Source of the DNA: Candidatus Thorarchaeota archaeon
GTDB lineage: Archaea; Asgardarchaeota; Thorarchaeia; Thorarchaeales; Thorarchaeaceae
DNA: 7,978 bases
Assembly (NCBI GenBank): GCA_003345555.1
Contig: PRDJ01000044.1
Span: 1 to 7,978, forward strand
Direction of reading: 5' to 3'
The notes under the pieces were generated by a model. The model did not search any database, was not told where the DNA came from, and worked only from the letters and a program-made list of their open reading frames with translations. Numbering within the stretch: the stretch's first letter is position 1; each line of letters starts with the position of its first letter. This document shows, piece by piece, positions 5,800 to 7,978 of the stretch. The position numbers and the translations under genes are program-made.

Positions 5800-7377
5800 C
5801 TATATTTTCACTTCGCCTTCTTGAATCTGCACTTCCTTAAGAGTCGAAACCGCTCTATCTCCTTCGATTTTCAGAACACCGAGCTTCTCGAATTCCCTTG
5901 CAGCCTTGGCCACGAGTGCAACCTGAGTACCCAATGATTTAGCTAAGTCTGCAAAGGTTATCGAACCGACTTCGTCGACCATGACTAGGACCTTTGTATT
6001 CTTGTCCAAACCGAGCGCTTTGATGTACCGCTTGACCCGTTCGTCTGACAAGTCTCTCTGCTCCAGAGCAAGGTCTCTTTCCTTCTCCATCAACCGAGTG
6101 GCCTTCTCATAGGCTTCTCTCTGCATCTCGACAATAGTGGATTTGTCCTTTGCTGCCTTGAGATCCTGCTGCAGAGTATGTACTTGGTCTTCAAGATTCT
6201 TGACTTCCCGAATACGGTCCTCGACAGACTGGAGCTCCTTCAGCCGCTGCCCAGACTCCTTCTCGGCTGCTGTCTTCTCGGCAGTTGTCTTGCTAAGCTC
6301 AAGTTCGAGACCCTTTGCCTTGGCCGCTAGTGCTTCAGCCTCTTTGCGCTTTTCAGCCACAGCTTTCTCAAGGAGATCAACCTTTGATTGGAGCGTCTTC
6401 ACCTCCGCGTCACTCCTCCTTGGTGCGCCCTTGGCGGTCTCTTTCTCGGTCTTGTAGACGGCCACTTCGCTTTGAAGTTCGCCTACCTTAACTCTCAATT
6501 CCTCCACTTGAGAGCGTGCTTGTTCGATTTCTCCGGTTTGGGCTTGCACAAGACCGTCCTTCTGGAATACCTCCTGCTTAAGTGAAGCAATCTCACTCTC
6601 AAGCTCGGATACCTTTCTGGCTATCTCCCCCCGAGCGGCGTCGATACCCATTGAACTGTCAATTCTGGACTGCAGCTGCCGTATCTGCCCCTCGAGCCTA
6701 CGTATCTCAGTCTCCTTCTCTGCGAGAATGTCCCTCTGAGCAGTGGCGTCTTCTTCCAAGCTCTGCATGAATGATCTGACGATATCTTGCTGCTGAACAA
6801 TCGTCCCGCGCAAATCAACCTCTGATTCCCTGACTCTCGTGGCGAATTCTCTGAACTTCTCCTGGGTTTGTTGGACAATCTTGTCTACCAAGTCTTTCTC
6901 GAGTGCAGCGAATTCGTTGTCGACTATGTCCACGAACGTCTGTTCGATGAAGCTCTTGAAAAACTGCATTCGGAGTTTCTCGACCATCTCGTCCGATATC
7001 CTTGACTTGAGTTCTACGACCTTGCCTCTGAACGTCAAGAGCTGTGCGGCAAACACACTGACGACTCCTCTTTGGAGTGCTGCAATGTCACTGCGCAGAG
7101 TCTCGAGCTTCCTCAGTAGAGCATCAAAGCCTGCAACCGCATCCTTGGGGGCGAGTGCCTCCGCCTTGGGCGCTGAGCCATCAAGTTTCTCAACAAAATC
7201 CAGGGCGGAACTTGCGGCCGAGAGAAGGTCTTCACCAGACTCGATCGGTACCGTTGTTTGACCGGACTCATCCTCTCCTTCAGCCAGCTTGCGCACGTCG
7301 GCATCTGACAGCGTTGCACCTTTCAGTGCCTCTTGCAGGGCCGTCTTCTCTTTCTCGGTGAGCTTCTCTTCAGGCAT
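5800..7377 (-). CDS. Long segmented coiled-coil protein with C-terminal winged-helix domain (525 aa); not a true SMC
   Basis: Heptad-patterned E/K/Q/L/A-rich helices over about aa 85-455, broken by short Gly/Pro linkers. aa ~459-512 (TKVLVMVDEVGSITFADLAKSLGTQVALVAKAAREFEKLGVLKIEGDRAV) is a clear wHTH pattern. No Walker A/B motif seen. Confidence 0.85.
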   Translation of the reverse strand: MPEEKLTEKEKTALQEALKGATLSDADVRKLAEGEDESGQTTVPIESGEDLLSAASSALDFVEKLDGSAPKAEALAPKDAVAGFDALLRKLETLRSDIAALQRGVVSVFAAQLLTFRGKVVELKSRISDEMVEKLRMQFFKSFIEQTFVDIVDNEFAALEKDLVDKIVQQTQEKFREFATRVRESEVDLRGTIVQQQDIVRSFMQSLEEDATAQRDILAEKETEIRRLEGQIRQLQSRIDSSMGIDAARGEIARKVSELESEIASLKQEVFQKDGLVQAQTGEIEQARSQVEELRVKVGELQSEVAVYKTEKETAKGAPRRSDAEVKTLQSKVDLLEKAVAEKRKEAEALAAKAKGLELELSKTTAEKTAAEKESGQRLKELQSVEDRIREVKNLEDQVHTLQQDLKAAKDKSTIVEMQREAYEKATRLMEKERDLALEQRDLSDERVKRYIKALGLDKNTKVLVMVDEVGSITFADLAKSLGTQVALVAKAAREFEKLGVLKIEGDRAVSTLKEVQIQEGEVKI

Positions 7378-7383
7378 TTGTGT

Positions 7384-7436
7384 CCCTCAGAAACCAGTCC
7401 AATTGAGGTTTCTTCGGTCTTGTGTATAAGCTTTAC
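7384..7436 (-). promoter_or_regulatory. Putative BRE/TATA promoter and ribosome-binding site of the coiled-coil gene
   Basis: The minus strand reads GTAAAG-CTTATA (7436-7425), about 48 nt upstream of the ATG at 7377, and an SD-like TGAGGG (7389-7384) precedes the start. Confidence 0.45.
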
Positions 7437-7501
7437 GCGCGCCGGCCAGCCAGTCAGTTCTCAGCACACGGCTATCACATCCGTTACATGAATATGGATG
7501 A

Positions 7502-7795
7502 ATGGAATCTCGTAGCACAGTGAACAGTCAGATGGCAAACAGAGAACTCTTCATCAAGATGGTATTTGATATCGCCAGCGAACTGAAAGTCCCGCTCATC
7601 GATGAGCACGTCTATGCCAGGGCTACCATAAACGAATCTCGTCCCACAACTTCCATTGTTTTCGTCTTCGATGGTGATGAGTCAGTTATACGTGGATTCC
7701 TAGGTCTAGCTCAATACTACCGAAGCATCGTCCTAAAGAAAGCGGAGCGGTTCTTCATCCCTGTTCCTGACCTGCTGCTTCAGCTCGAGTGCTAG
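7502..7795 (+). CDS. Small hypothetical protein (97 aa; alternative start ATG 7532, 87 aa)
   Basis: ORF divergent from the coiled-coil gene with globular alpha/beta-like composition. No family recognised. Confidence 0.65.
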   Translation: MESRSTVNSQMANRELFIKMVFDIASELKVPLIDEHVYARATINESRPTTSIVFVFDGDESVIRGFLGLAQYYRSIVLKKAERFFIPVPDLLLQLEC

Positions 7796-7886
7796 TAGAC
7801 TGGGCAGACTTCACACAAGAACAGTGAAGAAAGGCCGCCGTGGCATTGTATGTCGAGCCATAGGTATCACGCCAAGCTTCTCTTGT

Positions 7887-7976
7887 TCATATTGCAGCTG
7901 GATCCTGCCTGAACTTCACCTCAAGCAACCGCGCCTTGTTCTTCTCTGTGAGTACATAGTGTTCTTCGTTTGACTC
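7887..7976 (-). CDS. Possible 3' end of a gene entering from the right edge (ESNEEHYVLTEKNKARLLEVKFRQDPAAI*)
   Basis: The longest and most protein-like of the three minus frames at the window edge, ending at TGA 7889-7887. Only 29 codons are visible. Confidence 0.35.
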   Translation of the reverse strand, partial: ESNEEHYVLTEKNKARLLEVKFRQDPAAI

Positions 7977-7978
7977 CA

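Noticed and set aside
6137-7361. Several + strand ORFs opposite the coiled-coil gene (6137-6457, 6388-6585, 6582-6770, 6839-7261, 7077-7361)
   Set aside because: Ser/Leu/Phe-rich antisense shadows typical of Glu/Lys-rich genes.
5800-7377. SMC/Rad50, CdvA or ESCRT-III identity for the long coiled-coil protein
   Set aside because: No Walker A/B, signature motif, hinge or zinc hook, no PRC-barrel-like N-terminus, and far too long for an ESCRT-III core.
1-7978. CRISPR array, tRNA/rRNA, IS or integrase, terminal inverted repeats
   Set aside because: No regularly spaced repeats, cloverleaf or T-loop signatures in intergenic regions, or recombinase motifs were seen by eye.

Overview
Archaeal-type chromosomal window with no mobile element, CRISPR array, rRNA or tRNA recognisable. 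TATA/BRE-like promoters, gene families and the style of the hypothetical proteins suggest an Asgard archaeon, possibly Thorarchaeia; this is inference, not a database result. Left half: a tightly coupled pair encoding a LipS2-type radical SAM sulfur insertase (non-canonical lipoyl synthase subunit) and a stand-alone lipoate:protein ligase catalytic domain, followed by a KdaD/XylX-type 2-keto-3-deoxypentonate dehydratase (FAH fold) and a convergent hypothetical gene. A ~410 nt intergenic region contains nested inverted repeats that could form a structured RNA. Right half: a block of uncharacterised genes encoding a charged helical protein with 11-residue periodicity, an HExxH membrane metalloprotease (M50/site-2-protease-like), a small winged-helix protein, a 525 aa segmented coiled-coil protein with a C-terminal winged helix and no ATPase motif, and a small hypothetical protein. 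The best candidates for undescribed biology are this right-hand block, a 14-codon internal duplication in the ligase, and the intergenic structure. Functional linkage among the right-hand genes rests only on adjacency.
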